A stretch of 64,000 nucleotides of DNA from Candidatus Aminicenantes bacterium (GCA_963702005.1 OY969696.1:1248001-1312000), one strand, 5' to 3'; shown: positions 1 through 10,119, numbered from the stretch's first letter. Notes: generated by a model from the letters alone, not told the origin. Program-made: numbers and translations.

Positions 1-2
1 AC

Positions 3-1739
3 GATACCCATGTGGCTACGGCGGGCCGGGGCTCTTGCTCGTTTATCGGGACCATGACCCGGTCGCCCGAACCGCCCTCCCGGCTGCCGGCCCACGCCCC
101 CTTGTTCGGCCTCCTGACCCACGCCAGCGCCGGCGGCGTTTTTCCCAACATGCTCAAGCGGGCCGGCCTGGACCACCTCGTCATCGACGGCCGGGCCGAG
201 CGACCCGTACGCATCCTCGTTGCCGAGGGCCGGGTCGAGGTCCTCGACGCCGAGGACGAGTTGTTCGAGGTCAGCGGCGGGTCCAAGGTTCCCCGCGTCG
301 CATCGGCGATCACCGACGTCCTGACCCGGCTCCATCCCGGCTCGTCGACGGTCTGCTTGGGGCCGGCCGGCTGGAACCGTGTCGCCTTCGCCTGCTTGAC
401 CAACGATAAACATCGGAACTTCGGCCGGGGCGGCGCCGGCGCCGTGTTCGGTTCCAAGAACCTCGTCGCGGTCACGGCCTTCGGCCGGGAGCGGGCGGCC
501 TACTCCGACCAGGGCCGTTTCCAAGCCCTAAGCAAGGAGCTTGACGCCCAGGTCAAGGCCCACGTCGGGGACTCCCATTGGACGGCCTCGTTCCGGCCCC
601 AGGCGGGAACGACCTGGTGGCTGGACCGCGCCTTCGACGGCGGCTACCTGGGGAAGCAGGGAGGATATCTCCCCTGGCACAACTTCGATGAGGGCTCCTT
701 CGACGCCCTCGATTTCGCCAAGGTCGGGACCAAAGCCTTCCTCGAGATCGCCGGTCCGCCCAAGGTCTGCAACCAGTGCCGCCACATCATGTGCACGAGG
801 GCGGCCCGGGTCGACCGTCCCCCCTACGCCGGGAGCGGCGTCCGGCCCGAGTTCGAGACGATCGCCCTCTGGATCAACTGCTGCATCCTGGACCGGGACG
901 CCATCTTCCACATCAACCATCTCTGCAACGAGTTCGGCCTGGACACGATGACGCTGGGGAGCGTAATGTCCGGCGCCATGGAACTCGCCGAGAAGGGATT
1001 CCTGGCCGGCTTCAAAGATGCCCCCGTCTTTGGGAATCCTTCCGATATGATCCGGACCCTCACGGATATTTCTTACCGGTCGACCCCGCTCGGCGAGCTT
1101 CTCGGCGGCTATTCGGACCGGGTCGTCGCCGGCGTCGCGGCCGGCCGACCGCCCGCCGACTGGGAGGGGATCGTCCGCTGCGTCACGACGGTTTTCGGGG
1201 GGCTCGGCTACGCGGGGATCGAGCCCAAGGTTTTCCCCGGCATGTTCACGGCCTACGCGACGTCCAACCGCGGCCGGGGCGATCACACCTACGCCTGGAC
1301 CATCCAGGCCGAGGAGGGCGGACTGGCGGGCGTCGAGGAACTGGCGTCCTACGTCGCGGCCGGCCAGGAAGGGAAGGCGATCGTGGACTCGCTCGGCCTG
1401 TGCGACTTCTTCACCGAGGATACGGCCTCGGACCTCTTCCTGGGCCTCTATAAAGCCTTGACCGGGATCGAGTACACGGCCGACGCTTTCAAAGCCTGCG
1501 GCCGGAGGATCTATACACTCGAGCGCCGGGCCAACAACATCCAAGGCCGGGGCCGCGTCTATGACGCGCATATCCCATCCAAGCTGACGGAGCCGCTGAC
1601 CCGGGGAGCCCACGCGGGGAAAGCCGTCGACCCGGCCCGCCACGGCGATGTCTTGGACGTGTACTACCGGAAGCAAGGTTGGACCCGGGACGGGATTGTC
1701 GAACCGGCCCTGCTCCGCGAATTGGGCATTGAGCCCTGA
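3..1739 (+). CDS. Aldehyde:ferredoxin oxidoreductase family protein (5'-truncated by window edge)
   Basis: Frame is open from base 3. AOR motifs GRGGAGAVFGSKNL, PEFET, CNEFGLDT, ATSNRGRGDH, DSLGLCDF and C-terminal YYRKQGW..DG. Confidence 0.85.
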   Translation, partial: DTHVATAGRGSCSFIGTMTRSPEPPSRLPAHAPLFGLLTHASAGGVFPNMLKRAGLDHLVIDGRAERPVRILVAEGRVEVLDAEDELFEVSGGSKVPRVASAITDVLTRLHPGSSTVCLGPAGWNRVAFACLTNDKHRNFGRGGAGAVFGSKNLVAVTAFGRERAAYSDQGRFQALSKELDAQVKAHVGDSHWTASFRPQAGTTWWLDRAFDGGYLGKQGGYLPWHNFDEGSFDALDFAKVGTKAFLEIAGPPKVCNQCRHIMCTRAARVDRPPYAGSGVRPEFETIALWINCCILDRDAIFHINHLCNEFGLDTMTLGSVMSGAMELAEKGFLAGFKDAPVFGNPSDMIRTLTDISYRSTPLGELLGGYSDRVVAGVAAGRPPADWEGIVRCVTTVFGGLGYAGIEPKVFPGMFTAYATSNRGRGDHTYAWTIQAEEGGLAGVEELASYVAAGQEGKAIVDSLGLCDFFTEDTASDLFLGLYKALTGIEYTADAFKACGRRIYTLERRANNIQGRGRVYDAHIPSKLTEPLTRGAHAGKAVDPARHGDVLDVYYRKQGWTRDGIVEPALLRELGIEP

Positions 1740-1749
1740 AAGGGACGCT

Positions 1750-3042
1750 ATGCTGAGGAACCATCCGAAGGGGCTTCGCTATATCTTTTTAACCGAGATG
1801 TGGGAGCGGGTCGGCTTCTACACGCTCTACGCCATCCTCGTCCTCTATATGGACAAGGTCCTGGGCTGGTCGGACGCCCGCAAGGGGGATTTTTACGGAA
1901 TTTTTCTGGCGCTCTGCTATTTCGTCCCCCTTCTGGGGGGCTGGCTGGGCGACCGCGTCTTCGGCCGGCGGAAAACCGTCCGGGCCGGAGCGGTATTGAT
2001 GGCCTTGGGCTATGTGGGCCTGGCCTTGTCTTCGGCCGGACAGCTCGCCTCGTTCTACATCGGCTTGTTGCTGGTCGCGGTCGGCACCGGGATCTTCAAG
2101 GTCAACATGGCCGTCCTGGTCGGGAACCTCTACACCGACCGGCCCCAACTCAAGGACGCGGCCTTCAATATTTTTTACATGGGCGTCAACATCGGCGCCG
2201 CCGTCGCGCCGCTCGTGGCGACCTTCGTCAGCGTCTATCTCCACAGCTACAACATCTCCTTCTGGGTCTGCGCCGGGGGCCTCATCCTGGCCTTGATTAT
2301 CTTCCAGTCCGGCTCCCGCCATATCGCGCCGGCCGATGTCAAGATCGCTCGAGCGGAGTACGCCCCGGCGCCCTCGCCGGCGGCCGCGGCGATGCCGGTC
2401 CGCTTTCCTAAAGAGGAAGGTCAGCGGATCGCGACCCTCATCACCCTCTTCATCATCGTCATCTTCTTCTGGGTCGCCTTCTACCAGAACGGATTCGCCC
2501 TGACGCTGTTCGCCGAGCGCTCCACCCGGGTCTTCAAGTTCCTCCGGCCCGAGACCTACCAATTCTTCGAGCCGTTCTTCATCATCGTCCTGACGCCGCT
2601 TCTCCTCGCCTTGTTCGCCCGCCTCGGCCGCGCCCGGCGGGAACCTCCGACCCCCGTCAAGATCTTCCTGGGCATGCTCATCATGAGCGTCGCGATGATG
2701 ATCATGGTCGTCGCCTCCCTGGCCGGCGGCAACCGGGACGCCAACAACATGTTGCCCCTCTGGCTGGTCGGAACTTATTTCATCGTGACCATAGCCGAGA
2801 TCCTCATCTCGCCCATGGGCCAGTCCTTCGTCTCCAAGGTCGCGCCGCCCCGCCTCCAGGGCCTGATGATGGGCGGCTGGTTCGCCGCGACAGCCATCGG
2901 CTCCTACGCCTCGGGCTTCATGGGCAAGTTCTACAGCCGGTTCGCCCATCACGGATATTTCATCCTGCTCACCGGACTCCTGGCCGTGGCCGCGCTCCTG
3001 ATCCTGGTTTTTCTCAAGAGGCTCAAGCGCTTCGCCGGCTGA
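1750..3042 (+). CDS. POT/PTR family proton-dependent oligopeptide MFS transporter
   Basis: HPKGL..FLTEMWER(V)GFY (ExxERF-like), FNIFYMGVNIGA and EILISP motifs; about 12 TM segments; ATG 10 nt after the AOR stop. Confidence 0.92.
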   Translation: MLRNHPKGLRYIFLTEMWERVGFYTLYAILVLYMDKVLGWSDARKGDFYGIFLALCYFVPLLGGWLGDRVFGRRKTVRAGAVLMALGYVGLALSSAGQLASFYIGLLLVAVGTGIFKVNMAVLVGNLYTDRPQLKDAAFNIFYMGVNIGAAVAPLVATFVSVYLHSYNISFWVCAGGLILALIIFQSGSRHIAPADVKIARAEYAPAPSPAAAAMPVRFPKEEGQRIATLITLFIIVIFFWVAFYQNGFALTLFAERSTRVFKFLRPETYQFFEPFFIIVLTPLLLALFARLGRARREPPTPVKIFLGMLIMSVAMMIMVVASLAGGNRDANNMLPLWLVGTYFIVTIAEILISPMGQSFVSKVAPPRLQGLMMGGWFAATAIGSYASGFMGKFYSRFAHHGYFILLTGLLAVAALLILVFLKRLKRFAG

Positions 3043-3060
3043 GGAAAAGGAGGTGCCGCT

Positions 3061-4242
3061 ATGTCCCTGATTCGGGAGAAAGTCAAACAGGCCGTCGAAC
3101 TGCTCAAGGAGTTCGGCGTCGACTGCTGGATCACGTTCACCCGGGAGAGCCAGGTCAACGGCGACCCGACCTTGGCCTTCTTGGCCCCGGCCGACGTGAC
3201 CTGGCATTCGGCCTTCATCATCAGCGCCGACGGGCGGGCCCGGGCCATCGTCGGCCGCTACGACCAGCGGGCGATCGCGGAGACGGGCGCCTACGACGAA
3301 GTCACCGCCTTCGTGACCGGCTTCCGGGAGCCCTTCCTCGAATATATGAAAGTCCTCGGCCCGGCGACGATCGCCGTCAATTACTCCAAAGGGAGCGAGA
3401 TCTGCGACGGACTGACCCACGGCATGTACCTGACCCTCGAGGAGCTCCTGGGCGATCTCGGCCTGGCCGGGCGGATGGTCTCGGCCGAACGGATCGTATC
3501 GGCCCTCAGGGAGCGGAAGACGGCTGCCGAGCTCGGCGCGATTAGGGAAGCCGTTCGGGAAACCGAGGCTATTTTCAAGGAGGTCGCCGGGTTCATCGCG
3601 CCCGGCCGGACCGAGAAGGACATCGCCGCCTACATGACGGCCCGGGTCGCGGCCCGCAAGCTCGCCCCGGCTTGGGCCGAGGCGACCTGCCCGGCCGTTT
3701 TCAGCGGACCCGACACGGCCGAAGCTCATTACGGGCCGACCGGAAAGGCGGTCGCGCCCGGCCACGTCCTCAATATGGATTTCGGCGTCAAGGTCGACGG
3801 CTACTGCTCGGACCTCCAGCGGACCTTCTATATCCGGGAGAGGGGAGAGGCGGCCCCGCCGGCCGAAGTCCGCCGAGGCTTCGAGACCATCGTCCGGGCC
3901 GTCGAGGAGTCCAAGCGGACGATCAAGCCGGGACGCACGGGCTTCGAGATCGACGCCGTGGCGCGGCAGATCGTCGTAGACGGCGGCTATGAAGAATTTC
4001 CCCACGCCCTTGGACACCAAGTCGGCCGATTCCCGCACGATGGGACGGCCCTGCTGGGGCCCAAGTGGGACAAGTACGCCCAGAAGCCTTTCCAGCGCCT
4101 GGAGGAGGGCATGGTCTTCACGATCGAACCGCGCCTGACCGTTCCGGGCCGGGGGATCGTCACCATCGAAGAAATGATCGTTGTCGCTAAAGACGGCGCC
4201 GAGTGGCTCTCGACTCCCCAGAAGGAGATCTGGCTGGCCTGA
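3061..4242 (+). CDS. M24 family Xaa-Pro aminopeptidase/dipeptidase
   Basis: DFG..DGYCSDLQRT, HALGHQVG..HD, TIEP and IEE metal ligands; SD AGGAGG. Confidence 0.9.
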   Translation: MSLIREKVKQAVELLKEFGVDCWITFTRESQVNGDPTLAFLAPADVTWHSAFIISADGRARAIVGRYDQRAIAETGAYDEVTAFVTGFREPFLEYMKVLGPATIAVNYSKGSEICDGLTHGMYLTLEELLGDLGLAGRMVSAERIVSALRERKTAAELGAIREAVRETEAIFKEVAGFIAPGRTEKDIAAYMTARVAARKLAPAWAEATCPAVFSGPDTAEAHYGPTGKAVAPGHVLNMDFGVKVDGYCSDLQRTFYIRERGEAAPPAEVRRGFETIVRAVEESKRTIKPGRTGFEIDAVARQIVVDGGYEEFPHALGHQVGRFPHDGTALLGPKWDKYAQKPFQRLEEGMVFTIEPRLTVPGRGIVTIEEMIVVAKDGAEWLSTPQKEIWLA

Positions 4243-4244
4243 TT

Positions 4245-4425
4245 TTAAAGGCCGGGGATCCGGGGGGGGGTTCCTCCGTGTTCGTTTCGGAGGCGGGGTA
4301 GGTCAGGACGCCGTCCTTGATCAGGGCAAACGGGGTGAGCTTATGGGGCGCCGTTTTCCCCGGGTCGAGGATATGGATGACCCGTCGAGGGTCCGAGTCG
4401 AATGCCCGATCGTATAGATCGTCAT
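4245..4425 (-). pseudogene. Internally deleted DUF488-like gene remnant
   Basis: ATG at 4425 (ATGA overlap with the upstream stop) encodes MTIYTIGHSTRTLD, the DUF488 N-terminal motif. It is joined out of frame to VIHILDPGKTAPHKLTPFA..DGVLTYP, a DUF488-like C-terminus. The 3' boundary is approximate. Confidence 0.7.
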
Positions 4426-6623
4426 GACTGGACACCCCCTTTCGGATTCTGGACGGGCCGGGGATGCCCGCCGGCTTCCGAGTCCGGAACCGGCGCCTGA
4501 TCGACCCGGTAAAGCGTATAGAGTTCGTTGGCAAAGGCCGGCTTCAGATAGAACCTCCGTAGCAGACCCTCCCGATCTTCTCGTGGTCCGGGCGATGTGG
4601 AAACGAAGCCGCCGCCGGCGTCCTTGGGGACGTCGACCAGGTCACGGCTGGTAACGGCCCAGATATAGCCGACCCGATACTTGGCCAGGACGTCCCCGGA
4701 CCGGCGCGGGGCCCGGAAAAAGCGGCGGACGTCGGCCGTCCGTTTGTTGATCTCGGGCAGGGGCAGGTGACGGGATAGGTTGGAGTGGCCCGAGTTGTCG
4801 AGGACGACCCGCCGGTCTCCGAAATAACAGACGAATCTCGTGTCCAAGTTGTGAAGAACGACGGAGTTCCCTTCCGTATTCCGGCTGAGCCAATCGCAGG
4901 CGTCCAGGAAGGGCTTCTCGAAAACATGCCTGTCCGGGTAGCTGACCTTGCCCCACAGGAACTGGACCGTATTGGGAACGGAGATAAGAATAAGCAGGCC
5001 GGCGATGACCGCCCGGACGGCCGGCGTTCGCCGTTTTTCGAGGAACTGGTCCAGGCGTTCGGCCCAGAGGATCATGAGCGCGATCAGAGAATAATAATAA
5101 AAATAGATGTTGATCCAGGTCTCGGCGTGTCCCTCCAGGACCATGCCAGTGAAAAAGTAGAGCCCGAGGCCGGCCAGGAAAAAGGAGACCAGAAAAAACC
5201 TCATCGGGTTCTCCGGAGCGGCCCGGATAAAATCCCTGAGCGCGGAAGGCAGGGCCAGCGCGCCCGGGCCGAAGCTCGCCAGAAAAAATCCCGCCAGGAT
5301 GAGGAGGCAGAAAAAGGCGGCGGCGGGATCGGGCTCATGATGGATGAAGACCTTGCTCCACTCACCGGCCAGGAAGCCCAGCTTGAGATCGGCGAGGGGA
5401 AATCGAATCCAGTCGTTGGCCATGAGCTTAGGGACGTAGCGGATCCCGCCCAGGTTGTGGATGTAGGCGATGAGCGCCAGCGGGATCAGCCAGAGTCCCG
5501 TCGCGAGACCGGCCAGGAGCGGCCGCCTGTCCCGGTGGCGAAGTAGATAGACAAGAGCCGTCAGCCCCAGGGCCGGCAGGACTTGGGCGGGAATCGAGTT
5601 CTTATATTCGAACAGGACGGCCAGGAACCAGCCGGATAGGATGAGCCAGGCCGTTCCCCGTTCCCGGAAATAGCGCGAAAGGCAGAAGAAACCCGCCGCC
5701 GCTACGGGAATCGAAGGGAAGAACGAGTTGATGCTGAGGAGGTCCAGAAAATAGAAGGAGTAAAAGACCTTCCCCCAGTAGGGAGCGTAGCCGGTCAGGA
5801 GGGCCGCCAGGAATCCCAAGCCGCCCGTGCCGAAGACAGCCAGAAAAACTCCCCAGAGGGCGGCCCGCCGGGACCGGGCGAAATCACGGATTAAAATATA
5901 GAGCGCCAGGACGAGGAGCGCGAAATAGAAGGGCATCGTGAGCCGGTGGAGAAGGTCGAAGACCCCCAGGCCGAGGTGGCGATAGAGGAGGGCGGCGAAA
6001 AGCTCCATGGCGTAGTGGTAGCTGAGGGTGATCCCGGCCGCGAACGGCGCCTGGGGCGGGACCGAATGGGTCAGCTCGCGGATGAGGTTGTTTTTGGTGA
6101 AGCCGTCGTAGTAATGCCAGTTGACGACGACCGAGCCGTCCGGCCGGCGGAGGCCGTTCCGGAAGCTGTCGGCGCAGAGGACGCCGAGGATGAGCAGGAC
6201 CACCAAGCCGAAAACGAGCCCGTGTCGCGTCCAGGCGAAGGCAAAATCCTCGCGGCGCGGTGGGCGCCGGGCGATCCGGACGACGAAGACGACGCCCAGG
6301 GCCGCGACCCAGAGGAGGATGAGGGGAAGAAAACGCAGAAGGCGGGCGATCCGGTAGACCTGGGTCGTCGCCGTCAAGCCCAGGATGAGGGCGAGCGTGA
6401 CCGACTCGAGGCGGGAAATATGGAGTTTGGATAGCCAGACGAGAGATTGGCCGGGGAGGTAGACAAGGATGAAGAGCGCTGCCAGGAACAGGGCGTAGGT
6501 TCCGAGCGAGATCTGGAAAAAGCTGAGGACGAGGAAGAGAACGGCCAGACCCCCGCCCAGGAGCATGAAAAAATGGACGGCGTTGCCGCGCGGCGGCGCC
6601 GAGGATGAGGCCTGGACCGACAT
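4422..6623 (-). CDS. Polytopic membrane protein, GT-C-type glycosyltransferase-like
   Basis: Many TM helices, periplasmic loop YYDG..PP..PF.AG..LSYHY, and a C-terminal soluble domain (DWLSRNT...). Probable start MSVQ at 6623. Confidence 0.55.
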   Translation of the reverse strand: MSVQASSSAPPRGNAVHFFMLLGGGLAVLFLVLSFFQISLGTYALFLAALFILVYLPGQSLVWLSKLHISRLESVTLALILGLTATTQVYRIARLLRFLPLILLWVAALGVVFVVRIARRPPRREDFAFAWTRHGLVFGLVVLLILGVLCADSFRNGLRRPDGSVVVNWHYYDGFTKNNLIRELTHSVPPQAPFAAGITLSYHYAMELFAALLYRHLGLGVFDLLHRLTMPFYFALLVLALYILIRDFARSRRAALWGVFLAVFGTGGLGFLAALLTGYAPYWGKVFYSFYFLDLLSINSFFPSIPVAAAGFFCLSRYFRERGTAWLILSGWFLAVLFEYKNSIPAQVLPALGLTALVYLLRHRDRRPLLAGLATGLWLIPLALIAYIHNLGGIRYVPKLMANDWIRFPLADLKLGFLAGEWSKVFIHHEPDPAAAFFCLLILAGFFLASFGPGALALPSALRDFIRAAPENPMRFFLVSFFLAGLGLYFFTGMVLEGHAETWINIYFYYYSLIALMILWAERLDQFLEKRRTPAVRAVIAGLLILISVPNTVQFLWGKVSYPDRHVFEKPFLDACDWLSRNTEGNSVVLHNLDTRFVCYFGDRRVVLDNSGHSNLSRHLPLPEINKRTADVRRFFRAPRRSGDVLAKYRVGYIWAVTSRDLVDVPKDAGGGFVSTSPGPREDREGLLRRFYLKPAFANELYTLYRVDQAPVPDSEAGGHPRPVQNPKGGVQS

Positions 6624-6697
6624 CGCCCGAGCTTCCTGTTCAGAGTTCGCGCCGACTATAAAGAACTTTGGCGGGAATGTCAATCCGGCGGCGGGCA

Positions 6698-6726
6698 TTG
6701 CCTTAGCCCCGCCCCTCTGACATAAT
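6698..6726 (+). promoter_or_regulatory. sigma70-like promoter, probably leaderless
   Basis: TTGCCT-17 nt-CATAAT; ATG at 6734 lies 7 nt downstream and has no SD. Confidence 0.45.
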
Positions 6727-6733
6727 GTCCGGC

Positions 6734-7216
6734 ATGAACCCAAGAACAATCATCGTTTACGCCTCGCGTCACGGCTGCGCCGAAAAGTGCGTCCGGGACT
6801 TGGTCGGCCGGCTCCGGGGATCCGTCGAGATCGTCGAGCTGGGGAAGGCCAAGCCGGGGGACTTAGCCGCCTATGACGCCGTCGTCGTGGGCGGATCCAT
6901 CCACGCCGGCAAGATCCAGAAATCCGTCCGCGCCTTCTGCGATGGCCATCTCGAAACGCTCAAGGGGAAGCGCCTCGGCTTGTTCCTGTGTTGCATGGAG
7001 GAGGGCGAAAAAGCCGATCGTCAGTTCGCGGACGCCTTCCCGGCCGAGCTCATCGCCCGGACGGCGGCCAGGGGCCTGTTCGGGGGGGAGTTCGATCTGG
7101 CAAAGATGAGCTGGTTTGAGCGGGCCATCGTCCGCAAGGTCGCCAAGATCGACGCCAGCGTCTCGAAGATTAAAAGCGAAGCCGTTGCCGCCTTCGCGGC
7201 CGCGCTGAACGGATAG
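6734..7216 (+). CDS. Flavodoxin domain protein (HemG/Flavodoxin_5-like)
   Basis: IVYASRHG, YDAVVVGGSIHAG, LGLFLCC and FGG motifs. Confidence 0.85.
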   Translation: MNPRTIIVYASRHGCAEKCVRDLVGRLRGSVEIVELGKAKPGDLAAYDAVVVGGSIHAGKIQKSVRAFCDGHLETLKGKRLGLFLCCMEEGEKADRQFADAFPAELIARTAARGLFGGEFDLAKMSWFERAIVRKVAKIDASVSKIKSEAVAAFAAALNG

Positions 7217-7229
7217 CGGAAGAGTCCCG

Positions 7230-8111
7230 CTATTTCGCCTCGGTCTTCCCCGGCAGGGGAACGATGCCGGCCATCTCTCCGATGATGTTGACGAGCTGAG
7301 TCCCGGTCGGGACGACGATCTTGGCGTTCTGGGCGAGCGACTTCTCGACCGTCTCCAGCCGGCGCAGGAGCTGGGCGTTCCCGACGAAATACTGATTGGC
7401 GGCCTCGTTGACGAGCTTGATGGCTTGGGCCTCGCCCTCGGCCTCGAGGACGCGGGCCTGCTTGATGCCCTCGGCCTTCTTGATTTCGGCCCGGCGGGCG
7501 CCGTCGGCCACCGTCTCGGTCGCCGTGGCGAAATCAACGGCGGCGATCTTCTCGTTCTCGGCCTTGACGACCTTGTTCATCGTCTCCTGGACGTCCTTGG
7601 GCGGGTCGATCTCCTTGAGCTCGGTCCGGACGATTTCGATCCCCCAGCTACCGGTCTCTTCCCGGAGCGTCCTCTGCAGCTCGGAGTTGATCTTACCCCG
7701 TTCGGAGTTGGCCGATTTCAGGGTCAGGGTGCCGATGATATTGCGGAGGGTTGTCCGGGCCAGGTTGACGATCTGCCACTGGTAATTATAGACGTTGTAC
7801 GTGCAGTGCTTGACGCTCTCCTCGTCGTCCTTGACCTTGAAGTAGACCTGGGCGTCGACCCGAGCGTTCAGGTTGTCGTTGGTGATAATCTCCTGGGGCT
7901 GGGCGTCGACCATGACCTCGGTGATGTTGATCCGGTACATCTTCTCGATGATGGGGATGATCCAGTGGAAGCCGGCGCGGCCGAAGCGATTATATTTGCC
8001 CAGCCGCTCGATTAAACCGCGGTGGGTCGGCCGCACGATCCGGATGCCGCTGAAAAAGAGCAGGACGACCAAAATGGCGGCCAGATAAAACCAGTTGAAT
8101 GTCTGTTCCAT
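7230..8111 (-). CDS. SPFH/band 7 domain protein
   Basis: N-terminal TM, IERLGKY, QEIITNDN..VDA, TTLRNIIG..L and a coiled-coil tail; SD GAGGGAGG. Confidence 0.92.
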   Translation of the reverse strand: MEQTFNWFYLAAILVVLLFFSGIRIVRPTHRGLIERLGKYNRFGRAGFHWIIPIIEKMYRINITEVMVDAQPQEIITNDNLNARVDAQVYFKVKDDEESVKHCTYNVYNYQWQIVNLARTTLRNIIGTLTLKSANSERGKINSELQRTLREETGSWGIEIVRTELKEIDPPKDVQETMNKVVKAENEKIAAVDFATATETVADGARRAEIKKAEGIKQARVLEAEGEAQAIKLVNEAANQYFVGNAQLLRRLETVEKSLAQNAKIVVPTGTQLVNIIGEMAGIVPLPGKTEAK

Positions 8112-8451
8112 GTTAATCCTCCCTCGATTTCGTTCGTCTTTCTATTATACGGCGGCCCGCCGTTTTGGTTACTAAGCCGGGCGGAATATAGTTGACTCAA
8201 TATTTCTTTATCGCCCGGCTAGTACTCGGGGAGCAGCAAGGATTATGCAAAATATATACTGCTCCCCGTAGTAATGGGGAATTCCGGGGGGAAATCCCCG
8301 AACGACGCGCGTCGGCGGGGACGGCATCGGTGCCGCTCTCGAGCCGAACGATGTTCCGAGTCTTTAGAAGGTCAAAATCATCGTTGATGCGGCCGAAGCC
8401 GGGGGTGCGGTTGACTTCCCAAAACCGGCGTGCTAAGAATGGGCCGGAACC

Positions 8452-9417
8452 ATGGAGAGCATTCCGAGCTACCTCGGCCTGGCCGTTGTCGCGGGCGTGA
8501 TGATCTGGCTGGCGAACCGCCTCTTTCTGAAGTTTCCCCAGCGGATGCTTTTGTTCTTTGTCAACGCTTTGGCCTTCTCCTACGCGTTCGGGATCGTGGA
8601 TATCGTCGGCCGTTTCCTGGCCCTGCAGCTCCTGGCCAGGTTGGGCCCTTCGCCCGCGGTCACGGCGACGGTCGCCTTCGTCTTCCGCCTTCTGGCTTTT
8701 CCCTGTCTCGTCCTATCCTGGTACTTCTTCATCCGGATGATCTTCGAGATCCGGGGCCGCAAGTTCTCCCTCCCGCTCCAGGCCGCTTTTTTTATCCTCC
8801 AGGCCGGGGCCTTGGCCGCTTATTTCCTGAAGGCCGACGACGCCCTGCTCCTTTCGCCGGTCAAAGGGCTTCCCCTTTACGACCTGATCATGCTCGTCTT
8901 CAATGTCGTCAACCGGGGGGCGATCTTTGTCCTCTTTGTCTGGGCGACCTTCGCTCCGAACGGGAGGAATGACCTTGAACGGAGACGCGGCCTCAAGGCC
9001 TTCACCGGGATTTACGCTGCCGCCTGCCTCGTGTACGGGATCGCCGCGCTCTTCATGAAGAGCCGAGGCTTCCTTTGCTACACATACCCGGTCCTCGAAT
9101 TCTTCATGCACGTTCCGCCTCTTCTCTACCTGTGGGCCTTTCTCCGGTCTTATTACGCCCGCCATCCCCTCGAGCCCGTCCGAGAGGGCGCCCTGGCCGG
9201 TTTTTTCGCCCGTCATCAGATCTCGAGTCGGGAGCAGGAGATTATCCGGCTCCTCCTCGAGGGCAAGAGCGGACGGGATATGGCCGAAGAGCTCTACGTC
9301 TCGCTCAAGACCGTCAAGGCCCATATCTCCAACATCTACCGGAAGCTCGGGGTCAAGAGCCGCTGGCAGCTCATCACGCTGATCAGGAACTCCCAGGAGC
9401 ACTACCAGGAGTTCTGA
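8452..9417 (+). CDS. Membrane-anchored LuxR-type HTH transcriptional regulator
   Basis: About 7 TM segments, then ISSREQEII.LL.EGKS..MAEELYVSLKTVKAHISNIYRKLGV. Confidence 0.88.
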   Translation: MESIPSYLGLAVVAGVMIWLANRLFLKFPQRMLLFFVNALAFSYAFGIVDIVGRFLALQLLARLGPSPAVTATVAFVFRLLAFPCLVLSWYFFIRMIFEIRGRKFSLPLQAAFFILQAGALAAYFLKADDALLLSPVKGLPLYDLIMLVFNVVNRGAIFVLFVWATFAPNGRNDLERRRGLKAFTGIYAAACLVYGIAALFMKSRGFLCYTYPVLEFFMHVPPLLYLWAFLRSYYARHPLEPVREGALAGFFARHQISSREQEIIRLLLEGKSGRDMAEELYVSLKTVKAHISNIYRKLGVKSRWQLITLIRNSQEHYQEF

Positions 9418-9493
9418 GGCGACGCCGTTTCTTTCTCCCCTCAAAACATTATAATATGATCGGGTCAGACCCCGTCGAAAAGGAGAGACGACC

Positions 9494-10045
9494 GTGATCT
9501 GGAAAATCTTCGCCCTGTTCAGCCGAGTGGCCCTGTTTTCCTGGGGCGGCGGGCCGGCTTCTCTCGCCCTCATGCAGCGGGAAGTGACGACGGCCGGCTG
9601 GACGACTCCGGCCGAGTTCGCCGACGCGGTGGCCGCCGGGAACGCCCTCCCCGGGCCGATCGCGCCCCAGGTCTCGGCCTTCGTCGGCTACAAACTGGCC
9701 GGAATCCCGGGCGCGATCGCCGCCGTGACCGGCACCGTCCTTCCCACGACCGTCCTGATGCTCCTCATGATCATCTATTTCTTCAACGTCAAGGACAGCC
9801 CGGCCGTCAAGTCGATGCTCCGGGCCGTGCGTCCGGTCGTGGTCGGGCTTCTCCTCTGGACTGCCTACGATATGGCCGGGAGCGTCTTCGCGGCCAAGCC
9901 GCTCGGCTGGAGCGCCGCCCTGGCCGGCGGCTGGGACAAGATCCTGATCGTGGCCGCGACCTTCGTCCTCCTTACCGCGACCCGCGTCAACCCCGCCTTC
10001 GTCATCCTGGGCGCCGCCCTCCTCGGCTTCGCCGCCTACCGGTAA
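9494..10045 (+). CDS. Short-chain chromate transporter (CHR family)
   Basis: FSWGGG, LPGPIA and RPVVVGL motifs; GTG start with SD AAGGAG. Confidence 0.85.
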   Translation: MIWKIFALFSRVALFSWGGGPASLALMQREVTTAGWTTPAEFADAVAAGNALPGPIAPQVSAFVGYKLAGIPGAIAAVTGTVLPTTVLMLLMIIYFFNVKDSPAVKSMLRAVRPVVVGLLLWTAYDMAGSVFAAKPLGWSAALAGGWDKILIVAATFVLLTATRVNPAFVILGAALLGFAAYR

Positions 10046-10091
10046 GAAGCCGCCGCCTTTCGGGATTGCGATTCCGTCTCCGCGTCCGCGA

Positions 10092-10116
10092 CCCCGCATC
10101 CTACTAGGATGCGGGG
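10092..10116. terminator. GC hairpin between convergent genes (possible terminator)
   Basis: CCCCGCATCCTA-C-TAGGATGCGGGG; no long U tract. Confidence 0.35.
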
Positions 10117-10119
10117 CTA

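Noticed and set aside
1789-4038. Long antisense and alternate-frame ORFs (also 28277-30943, 38718-40721, 29512-31029, 44775-46421)
   Set aside because: These are shadow ORFs of GC-rich genes with no recognisable motifs, overlapping well-supported CDSs.
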